NCBI GenBank assembly: GCA_050695655.1
Contig: JBOGTU010000005.1
Span: 15,637-79,636 of the forward strand
Source of the DNA: Chloroflexota bacterium
GTDB taxonomy: Bacteria; Chloroflexota; JAJPGV01
Reading direction: 5' to 3'
Length of the DNA: 64,000 nt
The position numbers were made by a program, and so were the translations under genes. The notes under the pieces are model-generated. The model did not search any database. It had not been told where the DNA came from and saw only the letters and a list, made by a program, of their open reading frames with translations. Below, in pieces: positions 40,087-51,050 of this stretch (positions are counted from its first letter, which is position 1; every line of letters starts with the position of its first letter).

Positions 40087-40785
40087 CTAGCCCGACCCTT
40101 CCGCCAGGCCAGGCGGCAGCTCATCCAGGTCCACGGCGCCCGCCTCCTCAGCCTCGCCGGCCGTGGGGAGCGGGAGCTCTTCGGCTGGGGCGGGCAGGTC
40201 CAGACCCGTTAAAGCGTACGTTTCCAGTACGTCGTACACGGGCCCGCTAGGTTCCAGGGTCGACTTAAGCAATTGGAAAGCCGTGACGGGCATGAGGCCG
40301 AAGGGGTACGCGGCATAGCCCTCAACCAGCTGGTTGAAGTACAGCATTTGCACCCGGTTGAGCGGCTCCTTCAGCCGGCCCAGGGTGAGGTGCGGCTGAA
40401 AAGCGCGGTCCTCGGCTGGAAAGCCCAGGGCCTCCACGGCCGCCTGGACGTCGCCGGCCAGCGCCGCCATCTCGCTCTCACCCTCGCCTAGGCCCATCCA
40501 CAGCATCCGCACGTTTCGAATGTTGGGAAATGCGCCCAGCCCCTGAAACGCGAGGTAGAAGGGCAGGTGCCGCGCCGCGCTCTCCTGGCAGGCCCGCGAC
40601 ACGCTGGCCAGCTGCCGCTCATCGAGCAGGCCAAGGAACTTGAGGGTGAGGTGCGCCAGCTCCGGCTCCACCCATTTGACGTGCGGCCGCGCCTGGCGGA
40701 ACTGGTCCTGTACGGCACGCATCTCCTGCCGCACCTCGTCCGTGACCTCTACCGCTAAGAACGCGCGGATGGTTGCCCCCGCCAT
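40087..40785 (-). CDS. thpR: RNA 2',3'-cyclic phosphodiesterase (2H family, LigT/ThpR)
   Basis: Two H-x-T/S-x motifs: HLTLKFLG and HLTLGRL. Confidence 0.75.
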   Translation of the reverse strand: MAGATIRAFLAVEVTDEVRQEMRAVQDQFRQARPHVKWVEPELAHLTLKFLGLLDERQLASVSRACQESAARHLPFYLAFQGLGAFPNIRNVRMLWMGLGEGESEMAALAGDVQAAVEALGFPAEDRAFQPHLTLGRLKEPLNRVQMLYFNQLVEGYAAYPFGLMPVTAFQLLKSTLEPSGPVYDVLETYALTGLDLPAPAEELPLPTAGEAEEAGAVDLDELPPGLAEGSG

Positions 40786-40794
40786 CGCACCATT

Positions 40795-41280
40795 CTAGAA
40801 GCTTGCCCAGCTGGGTGGCTCAATCAGGCGCACATCGGGGCTTGGGGCGAGCTCTCGGCCGTCCAGTTCGGCTAGAGGAATCTGCACGAAAGGGCGCTCC
40901 GCCAGGCGTGGATGCGGCAACTCCAGGCCCGGCTCGTTCAGTCGCAGCGCATCGTACGAAAGGAGATCGATATCCAGTTCGCGCGGGCCGTTGCGAAAGC
41001 GTGGCTGCCTCCCCAGCTGCTGCTCAATGCCTTTGACGAGCTCCAGCAGCTGGCGCGGCCCCAGCCGCGTGCTTCCCTTCACCACGGCGTTCAGGAAACG
41101 ACCTTGCTCGGCGAAGCCAACCGGCTGAGTATCGTATAAAGAGGAGACCGCGATGACGCGTACGCCGCCCTGGATGAGCTCGTCGATGGCCGCTCGAAGC
41201 TGCGCCCGCCGGTCGCCCAGGTTACTGCCCAGCCCGAGGTAGACGGTGTTCGCGCCAGCAGAGGCGTCAATCGGCGACAT
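40795..41280 (-). CDS. folK: 2-amino-4-hydroxy-6-hydroxymethyldihydropteridine diphosphokinase
   Basis: VYLGLGSNLGDR...RPIDLDLL-type motif (RELDIDLLSYD), HPPK length and core. Confidence 0.8.
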   Translation of the reverse strand: MSPIDASAGANTVYLGLGSNLGDRRAQLRAAIDELIQGGVRVIAVSSLYDTQPVGFAEQGRFLNAVVKGSTRLGPRQLLELVKGIEQQLGRQPRFRNGPRELDIDLLSYDALRLNEPGLELPHPRLAERPFVQIPLAELDGRELAPSPDVRLIEPPSWASF

Positions 41281-42062
41281 CAGTCGGCGGCACCGTGCCG
41301 GACAATAGCGTCCGTGACGCGTACGATCCGCGCCAGTGGCGCCACGTCGTGCACGCGCACGGCGTCGGCGCCGTGCGCGATGGCGATGGCGACCGCGGCC
41401 TCCGTGCCCTCGAGTCGATCGCTCTCGGCAGCGCCTCCCAGCAGCTCACCCAGGAAGCGCTTGCGCGAGGGGCCAATGAGCAGCGGGAAGCCCAGGCTGC
41501 GCAGCTCGGACAAGCGGCGCAGCAGGGTCAGATTATGCACAGTTCCCTTGCCGAAGCCGATGCCCGGATCCAGGATGATGCGCGCGGAGTCAACGCCGCG
41601 GCCCAGCGCCAGCTCCGCGGCGCGCTCCAGGGAGTCGCGTACCTCGCGTACAACGTCCGTGTAGCGTGCTTCGCGCCCGTAGTGCATGATGACCAGCGGC
41701 GCCTGGTGCTCGGCGGCCACGGTGGCCATGGCGCCATCGTCCCACACGGCCTCCACGTTGTTCACCCAGGCGGCGCCGGCACGCAGCGCCCGCCGCGCCA
41801 CCTCCGGCTTACGGGTGTCGATGGAGATGGGCAGCGCGAGCTCGCCGGCCAGCCGCTCGATCACCGGCAGCACACGCGCCAGCTCCTCAGCTTCGGTTAC
41901 CGGCATGTAGCCCGGCTTGTAGTACGCGGTGGATTCACCACCCACGTCGATGACGTCGGCCCCGGCGGCCGCTGCCTGGCGCGCGCGCTGCAGAGCGGCC
42001 TCCACATCGCCCGCCAAGCCATCGCCTGAAAAGGAGTTGGGTGTGACATTCAAGATGGCCAT
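41280..42062 (-). CDS. folP: dihydropteroate synthase
   Basis: MAILNVTPNSFSGDG...DVGGESTAY...SIDT, Pterin-binding domain. ORF track starts at 42116. Confidence 0.85.
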   Translation of the reverse strand: MAILNVTPNSFSGDGLAGDVEAALQRARQAAAAGADVIDVGGESTAYYKPGYMPVTEAEELARVLPVIERLAGELALPISIDTRKPEVARRALRAGAAWVNNVEAVWDDGAMATVAAEHQAPLVIMHYGREARYTDVVREVRDSLERAAELALGRGVDSARIILDPGIGFGKGTVHNLTLLRRLSELRSLGFPLLIGPSRKRFLGELLGGAAESDRLEGTEAAVAIAIAHGADAVRVHDVAPLARIVRVTDAIVRHGAAD

Positions 42063-42112
42063 GAGGCACGTGCGCTGGCCCCAGGGGAACACCGCGCCGT
42101 CCCCGGCAGCGC

Positions 42113-42901
42113 TCACCCTCGGCTCTCCGCTGACTGCATACGCAGCTCATCAAGCAGATGGGTCGTATATAAATCGTGCTCCAATACATGAATGATGTGG
42201 CGCCGCAGCACGCGCTCCACTTCCGGCAGCGTTTCGGGCGGCAGGCGAAGGCGGCCGGCCAGGGCGTGGTTGCCATCCTGCAGCAGGCGCAGCACTTTCA
42301 CAGTGTCTACGGCGACCGGTACGAGCGCCGGCTGCCCCTCGGCGCAGGGCGGGCAGAGGAGCCCGCCCGCTGCCGCGGCGAAGTAGTTCTCGATGGGCTC
42401 GAGAGCGCTGCCGCAACCAGTGCACACCCGCAGTTGAGGGCGGTAGCCCAGGGCATTGAGCAACCGCAGCTCGAATAGCCGAACGGAGAGTTCCGGGCTT
42501 AAGCAGGCCCGGGAATCTTCGATGTCGAGCTGCCGCAGCACGTCCAGCAGCGCCTGCCACACTTCGTAGTTCTCCAGTCGCTCCTCGCTGAAGCGGTTCA
42601 CCAGCTCAACCACGTGATAGCCAAGCGCAAGCCGCCAGAGGTCCTCGCGCAGCCGCTCGTAGCCCCGCAGCAGCTCGCACTGCGTCACGATGTCCAGGTT
42701 GCGGCCACTGGCCAGCAGCACCCGCGTGTGGGTGAACAGCTCAACGTGCCCGGCCAGCCGGCTGGTGGTGCGGCGCGATCCCTTGGCGATGGCGCGCACC
42801 TTACCGCGAACCGGCGTATACAACGTGAGCAGGCGATCCGCCTCGCCGAAGTCGCGCCGCTCCAGCACCACGGCTTCGGTGGCGTAAAGGTGCGGGTTCA
42901 A
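42113..42901 (-). CDS. recO: DNA repair protein RecO
   Basis: EAVVLERRDFGEADRLLTLYT...(OB fold) and C-terminal CxxC...CxxC zinc motif (CTGCGS...CPPCA). Confidence 0.8.
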   Translation of the reverse strand: MNPHLYATEAVVLERRDFGEADRLLTLYTPVRGKVRAIAKGSRRTTSRLAGHVELFTHTRVLLASGRNLDIVTQCELLRGYERLREDLWRLALGYHVVELVNRFSEERLENYEVWQALLDVLRQLDIEDSRACLSPELSVRLFELRLLNALGYRPQLRVCTGCGSALEPIENYFAAAAGGLLCPPCAEGQPALVPVAVDTVKVLRLLQDGNHALAGRLRLPPETLPEVERVLRRHIIHVLEHDLYTTHLLDELRMQSAESRG

Positions 42902-44226
42902 TTCGGCTCGGCCTGGCCGTTTTGTCCCTGTTTCTCAGGTGCCGCGCGGCGCTGCCGCAACACGTGCACCTTGCGAATGCGCCGGCCATCCGTGGCGACA
43001 ACCTTGAGCTGCACCGTGAACTCCGCATCGGCCACGGCAAACTCGTCACCCGTGACAGGCATTTTGCCCAGGTGGGCGTACACGTAGCCGCCCAGCGTAT
43101 CCACGTCGCCCGCCTCCAGGTTCAGGTCCAACTGGTGGTTCACGTCGTCAACGCTCACCAGCGCGTTGAACTCCGCCTCGTCCTCGCTGATCTTCTGGAT
43201 GGATGTCTCTTCGGCATCGAACTCATCCTGAATCTCGCCGACGATCTCCTCCAGAATGTCCTCGATGGTCACCAGGCCAGCGATGCCCCCGTACTCGTCC
43301 ACGACCAGCGCCAGCTGCACGCGCTTTTTCTGGAGCTCGTGCAGCAGTTCGTCCACCTTCTTCGATTCCGGCACGAAGTAGGCCGGCCGCACCGCTTCCC
43401 TGAGGGGCACGTCGGTTTGCCCCTCCCGCACGTACTTGAAGAGGTCGCGGTCGAACACGAGCCCCAGAATGTTGTCCACCGTCTCCTCGTGCACGGGGAT
43501 GCGCGAGTGGCCAACCTGGAGCATGAGGTCCACTACCTCCACGATGGGCGTGTCGGCCGGCACGGTGGTCATGTCCACGCGCGGCACCATCACCTCGCGC
43601 ACCGGTGTTTCGCCAAATTCGAAGATGCTGTGAATCATCCGCTCTTCCTGGGGCTCGATCACACCTTCCTCTTCGGCCGCACCCACGATCAGGCGGATCT
43701 CTTCTTCGGTGACGAAGGGGCTCTTGGGCGTGCTGGATACACCGAACAGGCGCAGCAACAGCGGCGGGATGGCGGACAGCACAACGATGAGCCATCCCAG
43801 GAGCCACGAGGTGGCCCGCACCGGCCTCGCCAGCCCCAGGGCAATGCGCTCCGGGCGGCGGATGGCAATGGTTTTGGGCGTGATCTCGCAGAACACGAGA
43901 ATGACCACCGAAAGCATGGCCGTGGCGGCGGCCTCGGCATGGGAAAAGTGCCACAGCTTGACCGTGACGAGCGTGGTGAGCGTGCTGGCCACAATGACTG
44001 CCACGTTGTTGACAACCAGGATGGTGGATAGGAAGTGGCCGGGATCGTCCAGCATGTTCAGCAGCAGCCGCGCTGAACGCGAACCCTCCTCCGCCAGGTG
44101 CCGAATTCGGATCTTGCCGAGCGACGTCAGCGATGTTTCCGCCAGCGAGGCGAAGGCTGCCAGCAGCAGGCACAGCACCAGTGCCACAATCTGCCATGAG
44201 GTGCCGTCAGAGCCCACGGAACTCAA
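42898..44226 (-). CDS. CNNM/CorC-HlyC family transporter-associated protein (DUF21 + CBS pair + CorC_HlyC)
   Basis: N-terminal DUF21 TM domain, central CBS pair, C-terminal CorC/HlyC domain (...LGGYVYAHLGKMPVTGDEF...). Confidence 0.8.
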   Translation of the reverse strand: MSSVGSDGTSWQIVALVLCLLLAAFASLAETSLTSLGKIRIRHLAEEGSRSARLLLNMLDDPGHFLSTILVVNNVAVIVASTLTTLVTVKLWHFSHAEAAATAMLSVVILVFCEITPKTIAIRRPERIALGLARPVRATSWLLGWLIVVLSAIPPLLLRLFGVSSTPKSPFVTEEEIRLIVGAAEEEGVIEPQEERMIHSIFEFGETPVREVMVPRVDMTTVPADTPIVEVVDLMLQVGHSRIPVHEETVDNILGLVFDRDLFKYVREGQTDVPLREAVRPAYFVPESKKVDELLHELQKKRVQLALVVDEYGGIAGLVTIEDILEEIVGEIQDEFDAEETSIQKISEDEAEFNALVSVDDVNHQLDLNLEAGDVDTLGGYVYAHLGKMPVTGDEFAVADAEFTVQLKVVATDGRRIRKVHVLRQRRAAPEKQGQNGQAEPN

Positions 44227-44304
44227 TCGGGAAGGGGCTGCCCTCAGCGGAGGGACGGCCGGCGGCGCCCGCGCCCATCACTGTGGAGCATAGCTGGCCG
44301 CGGA

Positions 44305-45231
<927 letters not shown>

Positions 45232-45270
45232 CGCCTGACCGGAGGTATGGTTGGTCTGCTGCGAGTCCAT

Positions 45271-46632
45271 TCAGCGCACCGGCTGGCGTACGTCGCGCGC
45301 CACGCGGGCCGGCACGCCCTTCACCAGCTTGCCGGGGGGCACGTCATGCGTGACCACCGAGCCAGTCGCGGTGACGGCGCCAGCGCCTACTTCCAGCGGC
45401 GCCACCAGCATGGTGTCGGAGCCAATGGCCGCGCCATCGCCCACGCGCGTGCGCGATTTGACGCCGGTTTCCGTATTGAGGTTCACCGTCACCGTGCCCG
45501 CGCCGATGTTCACGCCACGGCCAACTTCCGCGTCGCCCGTGTAGCTGAAGTGGTGGATGTCTGTTCCCTCCCCGATACTGGAATTCTTGATCTCCACGAA
45601 GTTGCCCAGCCGCGCGCCGCGGTGCACCAGGCTGCCCGGGCGCAGGTGCGAAAAAGGGCCAATGACCACGTCGTCTTCCAGGGTGGACCCCTCGATCACC
45701 GAGCACTCGATCGTGCAGTCGCGGCCGATGTGCGCATCGCGCAGCACGCTGTTCGGGCCCAGGGTGCAGCCCTCGCCGACCTGGCTGCGTTGCAGCAGCG
45801 TATTGGGGTAGATGATGCTGTCAGCCCCCACGGTGCTTTCCACATCCAGGAAGACGGACGCGGGATCGATGAGGGTGACGCCCTCCGCCATGCAACGCCG
45901 GCGCAGGCGGCGCTGCATGGCGCGCTCGGCATCGGCCAGCTTCTCCCGCGTATCCACGCCAATGCAGCCATCCAAGCAGGTGGTTGGCACGGCTTCCACG
46001 CGCCCCGCGCGACCAACCAATTCGGTGAGGTAGTACTCGCCCTTTGGGCTGAGGGTCAGGCGGGGCAGCTCCCTGGCCAGCCAGCGCGCATCAAAGCAGT
46101 ACAGGCCGGTGTTCACTTCGTGCCCCGCGCGCTCCGCCTCGGTCGCTTCGGCCCACTCCACTACGCGCACTCGCGCGGCGACGCGCTGCACCAGCCCCAA
46201 TCCACGCGGGTCCGGCACCAGGGCGGAGAGGAGGCTCGCCTCGGCGCCAGCGGCCGCATGATGCTCCACCAGGCAGCGCAGCGCCTCGCCTTCAACCAGG
46301 GGTGCATCGCCATTCAGCACCAGCACGCGACCCGCGCCAGCTGAGCCTACCAGGCTCTGAACGACGGGCAATGCCTGCTGCACCGCGTGTCCGGAGCCAA
46401 GCTGCTGCCGCTGTTCAACGAACTCAAGCCGCTGCCCCTGGAAATGCTCGCGCAACTGATCGGCATCGTGGCCCACAATCACGATGATCCTGCTGGCACC
46501 CGCCTCGGCCGCGGCTTGCACCACGTAATCTACGGCTGCCCGCCCGGCAACACGGTGCAGGACTTTGGGGAGGCGCGACTTCATCCGGGTCCCTTGGCCT
46601 GCCGCCATGATCACCGCCAGGAGATCAGACAT
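45271..46632 (-). CDS. glmU: bifunctional UDP-N-acetylglucosamine diphosphorylase / glucosamine-1-phosphate N-acetyltransferase
   Basis: MSDLLAVIMAAGQGTRMKS (NTP-transferase) and C-terminal left-handed beta-helix hexapeptide repeats. Confidence 0.9.
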   Translation of the reverse strand: MSDLLAVIMAAGQGTRMKSRLPKVLHRVAGRAAVDYVVQAAAEAGASRIIVIVGHDADQLREHFQGQRLEFVEQRQQLGSGHAVQQALPVVQSLVGSAGAGRVLVLNGDAPLVEGEALRCLVEHHAAAGAEASLLSALVPDPRGLGLVQRVAARVRVVEWAEATEAERAGHEVNTGLYCFDARWLARELPRLTLSPKGEYYLTELVGRAGRVEAVPTTCLDGCIGVDTREKLADAERAMQRRLRRRCMAEGVTLIDPASVFLDVESTVGADSIIYPNTLLQRSQVGEGCTLGPNSVLRDAHIGRDCTIECSVIEGSTLEDDVVIGPFSHLRPGSLVHRGARLGNFVEIKNSSIGEGTDIHHFSYTGDAEVGRGVNIGAGTVTVNLNTETGVKSRTRVGDGAAIGSDTMLVAPLEVGAGAVTATGSVVTHDVPPGKLVKGVPARVARDVRQPVR

Positions 46633-46758
46633 GCGCGGCCATTCTAGCACCGGCCAGGCGCCCCAAACGGGGCAAATCAGCCTGAAAGCACACTGTGCGA
46701 TAGTGCACGGGGCGGCCTACGAGAGAGCAGACGCGGAGCGCGCTGCTGTTGTCGCGAG

Positions 46759-46872
46759 CGGCCCCCTGCTGCTGGAGCGCCGCCACTTCGGCTTCGGTGT
46801 AGCCGATCTCGGACAGGATCTCGGCCGTGTGCTGGCCTTGCTCCGGCGCGGGAGTGGGGATGCTGACCGGCG
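46759..46872. repeat. orphan 114-bp copy of the 3' end of the CoA-transferase gene (direct repeat A of a pair flanking the kdp operon)
   Basis: About 96% identical (5 mismatches) to 55700-55813. In the minus frame it encodes ...PAPEQGQHTAEILSEIGYTEAEVAALQQQGAA with no stop. Abuts the kdpE stop (46876). Confidence 0.85.
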
Positions 46873-46875
46873 CGT

Positions 46876-47547
46876 CTAAGCGGCGTCGAGCGGAACCCGG
46901 TAACCGACTCCGGGTTCTGTGCGAATGAACAGCGGACCCAACTTCTTGCGCAGCGACGTCACTATGGGCCGCAGGTAGGCGGTTTCGGCCCGATACTCGG
47001 GTCCCCATACTCTCTCCAACAGTTGCCCATGTGTGAGCACGCGGCCGGCATTGCTGACGAGGTGCTTGAGCAGCTCGTACTCGATAGGTGAAAGATGCAC
47101 TTCATCGCCGTCTACCCGAACGGTCCTGTTGCCGAGGTCGACGCTGACGTTACCGAGGACTCGGACGGTCTCCGTGGCTGGTTGACTGAGGTGACGGAGA
47201 GCTACCCGAATCCGAGCGCCAAGCTCCTCCACACCGAACGGCTTTGTCAGATAGTCGTCTGCCCCGGCGTCCAGCGCACGGACCTTCTCTTCCTCCTCGC
47301 CCATCACCGACAGCACAATGACCGGTACCTCCGACCAGGTGCGCAGCTCCTGGATGGCGCGGATCCCGCCCATGCTCGGCATTGCCAGGTCCATCAACAC
47401 CACATCCGGCCGCCAGCGCTCAATCTTGGCTAGCCCATCGACCCCGTCAACAGCCGTCTCAACGTCAAAATCCTGACCCTGAAGCCCTCGCCTAACGGAG
47501 TTGCGGATGTCCGCTTCGTCATCGACTACGAGGATACGTGCCTGCAC
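46876..47547 (-). CDS. kdpE: KDP operon response regulator (OmpR family)
   Basis: REC domain (ILVVDDEADIR...DVVLMDLAMP...DDYLTKPF) and winged-helix output. Last gene of the kdp cluster. Confidence 0.85.
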   Translation of the reverse strand: MQARILVVDDEADIRNSVRRGLQGQDFDVETAVDGVDGLAKIERWRPDVVLMDLAMPSMGGIRAIQELRTWSEVPVIVLSVMGEEEEKVRALDAGADDYLTKPFGVEELGARIRVALRHLSQPATETVRVLGNVSVDLGNRTVRVDGDEVHLSPIEYELLKHLVSNAGRVLTHGQLLERVWGPEYRAETAYLRPIVTSLRKKLGPLFIRTEPGVGYRVPLDAA

Positions 47548-47742
47548 CGCGGTCAGCGGCGAACGTGCGACAGCATCTGCGCCGCCCGGCCAATCGCGGC
47601 AAGCGAGCTGAAGGCGACAAGCACCACTAGCAGCGCGCGGCGGAAACGCGGCATCTCACCAGCGGCCGCTGTCGGACCGGCCCAGGTGCTCGTCTCGTCC
47701 TCCCACGTGAACCGTAAGCAATCCATCAACTCGGCTGTCTCG

Positions 47743-49329
47743 TCACGTTCGAAGTTCGACCGGCCACGGCGGCGCGGGAGAACCAGCCGACGTCTCGGTC
47801 ACCGCGGGCAGGGTGAACGTAAACGCGACGCCGCGGTGGCCGACATTTTCGGCCCAAATGCGTCCACCGAGGGCCTCCACGATGCCGCGCGCGATCGCTA
47901 GCCCCAATCCTGAGCCGCCGGTGTCGTTGCCAAGCCGGTAGAACTTGTCAAACAGCCGTTCCAACTCGACGCCGGGTATGTGGCTGCCTTCGTTGAAGAC
48001 GGTCAGGCGAACCTGGTCCCGCACTACCTCGGCTGACACAGAGATTGGCGCCTCGGGTGGCGAGTAACGGATAGCATTATCAAGCAGGTTTGCCAGGACC
48101 TGGCCGACGAGCACGAAGTCAATCCAGGTGGGCGGCAGCGGCTCGGCCAGCTGGACGTCGACGTGCCTGCCATGCGTCACCGGCTCGAGTCGGTCCAGCG
48201 CATCCGAGATGACATCGGCCATGGACGTCAGCTCCAGCTTCGGGTGGACGGCCCCAGCCTCCAGCCGGGACATGTCGAGGAGATTGCTCACGAGCCGCGT
48301 CAGCCGATCGGTCTCCCGGTTAATTGATTCTTTGAGCTCGAGCTGAACGGCTGGGTTTTCGCCGTTTGCAGACAGGCTGGTCACCGATGCCTTGATGGCG
48401 GCCAGCGGGGTTTTCAGCTCGTGGGAAACGGAGGAGATGAGCGCCGATTTGAGGCGGTCGCTCTCCTGAATCGCGCGCGAGCGGGCCTCTTGCTCGGCGA
48501 GCGCGTCCCTCTGGACCGCGATAGCCAGCTGGTTGGCGAAGGCCAGAAGCAAGTCGCGGTCCTCAGTCTCGCCAAATTCGCCGGCCTTCTTTTCACCCAC
48601 CACCAGGACTCCTTCCACCCGCGATTCAAGCCGAAGCGGCACGTACACTTGGCAAACGCGACCGCTCATCGACGTCAGCGCTTTCTCCACGGCCCTGCTC
48701 TGCAGGACCCGCACGTTTTGTGGCAGCTGACAGACCGCCAGGAGCTCTCCCTCCTCGAGCAGTCGCTGCAGCCAACGCGGCTCATCCGGGATCTCCGGCG
48801 GTTGGCCCGAAGCGGCAACCAGGCGCAATGTCCCCTCTCGGTCGCCCCTCACGAGTAACCGGCTCCACGTCAGGCCCATTGTGTCGTTGAGCCGTTCCAG
48901 CGCTAATCCAAAGACCTCGTCGATGCGCGCGCTTGTCAGGGCTGATTGGCTGACCTCGTACAGGAGCTGAGTTTCCCGCTGCCGCGCCTGGGCCTCCGCC
49001 GCTCGGCGCTGGACCAGCGTCAGCAACCGGCTGATGACAATGCCCGTGACCAGCAAGGTCAGGAGCGCCAGATACTCGCTCGGGTCGTCGACCGTGAAGA
49101 CGTGCGCCGGCGGAATGAAGAACCAGTCGAACGCCAGAAAGGCGAGGACGGATGCAAACACGGCTGGAAACAAGCCCCGCCGCGCCGCCAGCCCGGCAAT
49201 GCCGATGATGTACAGGTTCGAAATGTTCGAGATGCGCGTGAACGCCTCGATGACGCCGATGAGCAGCGAGATCGCGGTGACGACCGCGACAGCCAGCAGA
49301 GCATCAAGGTTGATCCAGCGCCAGGTCAC
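47743..49329 (-). CDS. kdpD: KdpD C-terminal half: TM + GAF + histidine kinase
   Basis: 4 TM helices, GAF-like region, H-box SHELKTPLAAIKAS, HATPase (LDNAIRYS...GGSGLGLAIARGIVEALGGRIWAEN). Confidence 0.85.
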   Translation of the reverse strand: MTWRWINLDALLAVAVVTAISLLIGVIEAFTRISNISNLYIIGIAGLAARRGLFPAVFASVLAFLAFDWFFIPPAHVFTVDDPSEYLALLTLLVTGIVISRLLTLVQRRAAEAQARQRETQLLYEVSQSALTSARIDEVFGLALERLNDTMGLTWSRLLVRGDREGTLRLVAASGQPPEIPDEPRWLQRLLEEGELLAVCQLPQNVRVLQSRAVEKALTSMSGRVCQVYVPLRLESRVEGVLVVGEKKAGEFGETEDRDLLLAFANQLAIAVQRDALAEQEARSRAIQESDRLKSALISSVSHELKTPLAAIKASVTSLSANGENPAVQLELKESINRETDRLTRLVSNLLDMSRLEAGAVHPKLELTSMADVISDALDRLEPVTHGRHVDVQLAEPLPPTWIDFVLVGQVLANLLDNAIRYSPPEAPISVSAEVVRDQVRLTVFNEGSHIPGVELERLFDKFYRLGNDTGGSGLGLAIARGIVEALGGRIWAENVGHRGVAFTFTLPAVTETSAGSPAPPWPVELRT

Positions 49330-50489
49330 GCGTCCTCTGCCCGCTGCACGATGTGCACGTCCACATCCTTCGTGCCGGCCAGGACGTCACGAATAATGGA
49401 GCCTCGGAACAGCTCCTTCAGCCACGGGCGTGTGGTCTCGCCCATGATGATTTGGGTCGTGTTGTGCTCGTTGGCGTATGACGCCAGCGCCTTGGCGATG
49501 TTCGGGGCTTCCATCGTCATGACCTCAGCGCCGAGCTCCTGGGCGAGCTGCAGCGCCTTTTGAACCTCCTGGCGAGCCTGCGACGCCTTGGGGTCCAGCT
49601 TCTTGCGGGGCTCTGTCAGATGGAGGACCGTCAAATGACCCTGCAACCTTTCGGCCAGCCTAAAGCCGCGTCGAACAAGCTGCTGCGCCTGCGATGTCGG
49701 TGGAACGCAAACCAGCACCCCTTCCGCGCAATGCCAGGGCTCGTCGATGCCTTTGCTAGGCATGTATTGCTGCAACTGGTCGTCGGTCTTTTCCGCCACG
49801 CGCCGCAGCGCCAGCTCGCGCAGCGCTGTCAGGTTGCCCTTGCGGAAGAAGTGCTTCAGCGCATCGTCGATGCGCGACTCGGGGTAGATGTTGCCATGCA
49901 GCATGCGCTTCTGCAGTGCTTCCGGCGTCTGGTCGATCAGCTCAACCTCGTCGGCGCCATCCAGCACCCAGTCCGGTAGTGACTCGCGAACGTGGATTCC
50001 GGTGACCCGCTCCACGGTGTCTTTCAGGCTCTCGATGTGCTGGATATTGACGGTGGTGATGACGTTGATCCCGGCGTCGCGAACCTCGAGCACGTCCTGA
50101 TAGCGCTTCTCGTGTTTCGACCCTGGCGCGTTGGTGTGGGCCAGCTCGTCAATGAGCACGACCTGGGGACGTCGGGCTAGGATGACGTCGACGTCCATCT
50201 CCTCAATGATCACGCCTTTGTATGGGATCTTTTTGCGCGGGACAACTTCCAGATCGGCGAGCGCCTCTTGGGTGAGAGTCCGCCCATACGTCTCCACATA
50301 GCCAACAACGACGTCGGTGCCTCGGTTCCCGCGGCGCTGGCCTTCGTGGAGCATAGCGTACGTTTTGCCCACGCCGGGGGCATATCCCAAATAGATGCGG
50401 AGCCAGGACTTCGCCTGACCGCGATCTGCCAGCTGTGCCCGCTCGAGCATCTCGTCGGCGCTCGGGCGCTTGGGTTCGAGGGATTGCAT
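49326..50489 (-). CDS. kdpD: KdpD N-terminal half: KdpD sensor domain + USP domain
   Basis: Aligns with E. coli KdpD residues 1-380 (GAPGVGKTYAML P-loop, ...FFRKGNLTALRELALRR...). Ends with a TGA overlapping the ATG of the C-terminal half (ATGA). Confidence 0.85.
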   Translation of the reverse strand: MQSLEPKRPSADEMLERAQLADRGQAKSWLRIYLGYAPGVGKTYAMLHEGQRRGNRGTDVVVGYVETYGRTLTQEALADLEVVPRKKIPYKGVIIEEMDVDVILARRPQVVLIDELAHTNAPGSKHEKRYQDVLEVRDAGINVITTVNIQHIESLKDTVERVTGIHVRESLPDWVLDGADEVELIDQTPEALQKRMLHGNIYPESRIDDALKHFFRKGNLTALRELALRRVAEKTDDQLQQYMPSKGIDEPWHCAEGVLVCVPPTSQAQQLVRRGFRLAERLQGHLTVLHLTEPRKKLDPKASQARQEVQKALQLAQELGAEVMTMEAPNIAKALASYANEHNTTQIIMGETTRPWLKELFRGSIIRDVLAGTKDVDVHIVQRAEDA

Positions 50490-50499
50490 GCGTCCCGCC

Positions 50500-51039
50500 C
50501 TATTTCTTCAGTGCATCCAGGTCCAGGTTCAGTCGCAACACGTTAACCCGTGGCTCGCCAAAGAGGCCCAGGTCACGCCCAATCGTGTGCTTGTTCACGA
50601 AATCGGTCAACTCCTGTGCGGGCATGCCGCGAGCTTTGGCCACACGCGGCACTTGCGCGAGGGCGTTCTCGGGCGAGATGTCCGGGTCGAGCCCGGAGCC
50701 GGAGGTCGTCACGGCGTCGGCCGGAACGTTTTTATCGCTGCCCACATTCGTTTTCACCCGGTCGATCAGCGCCTGGTTCGTGGGCCCGAGGTTTGAGCCG
50801 CCAGAGGAGGTCGCATCGTAACCATTGGAGCCGGCAGCGGACGGTCGCGGATGGAAGTACTCGTCTTTATCGAAGGCCTGCGCGATCAGCCCGGAGCCGA
50901 TGGCGTGGCCGGACTGGTCGTAGAGGATGCTGCCCTGCGCCTTGTCGTGGAACAGCAGCTGGCCGGCGCCCGTGACAACGGCCGGATAGACGCCCCCGCA
51001 CAATAGGAAGAACAGAATCGAGATCCGAATCCAAGGCAT
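50500..51039 (-). CDS. kdpC: potassium-transporting ATPase subunit C
   Basis: N-terminal TM helix, ...TSGSGLDPDISPENALAQVPRVA... KdpC signature. Confidence 0.85.
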   Translation of the reverse strand: MPWIRISILFFLLCGGVYPAVVTGAGQLLFHDKAQGSILYDQSGHAIGSGLIAQAFDKDEYFHPRPSAAGSNGYDATSSGGSNLGPTNQALIDRVKTNVGSDKNVPADAVTTSGSGLDPDISPENALAQVPRVAKARGMPAQELTDFVNKHTIGRDLGLFGEPRVNVLRLNLDLDALKK

Positions 51040-51050
51040 GTCTTCTTCCC

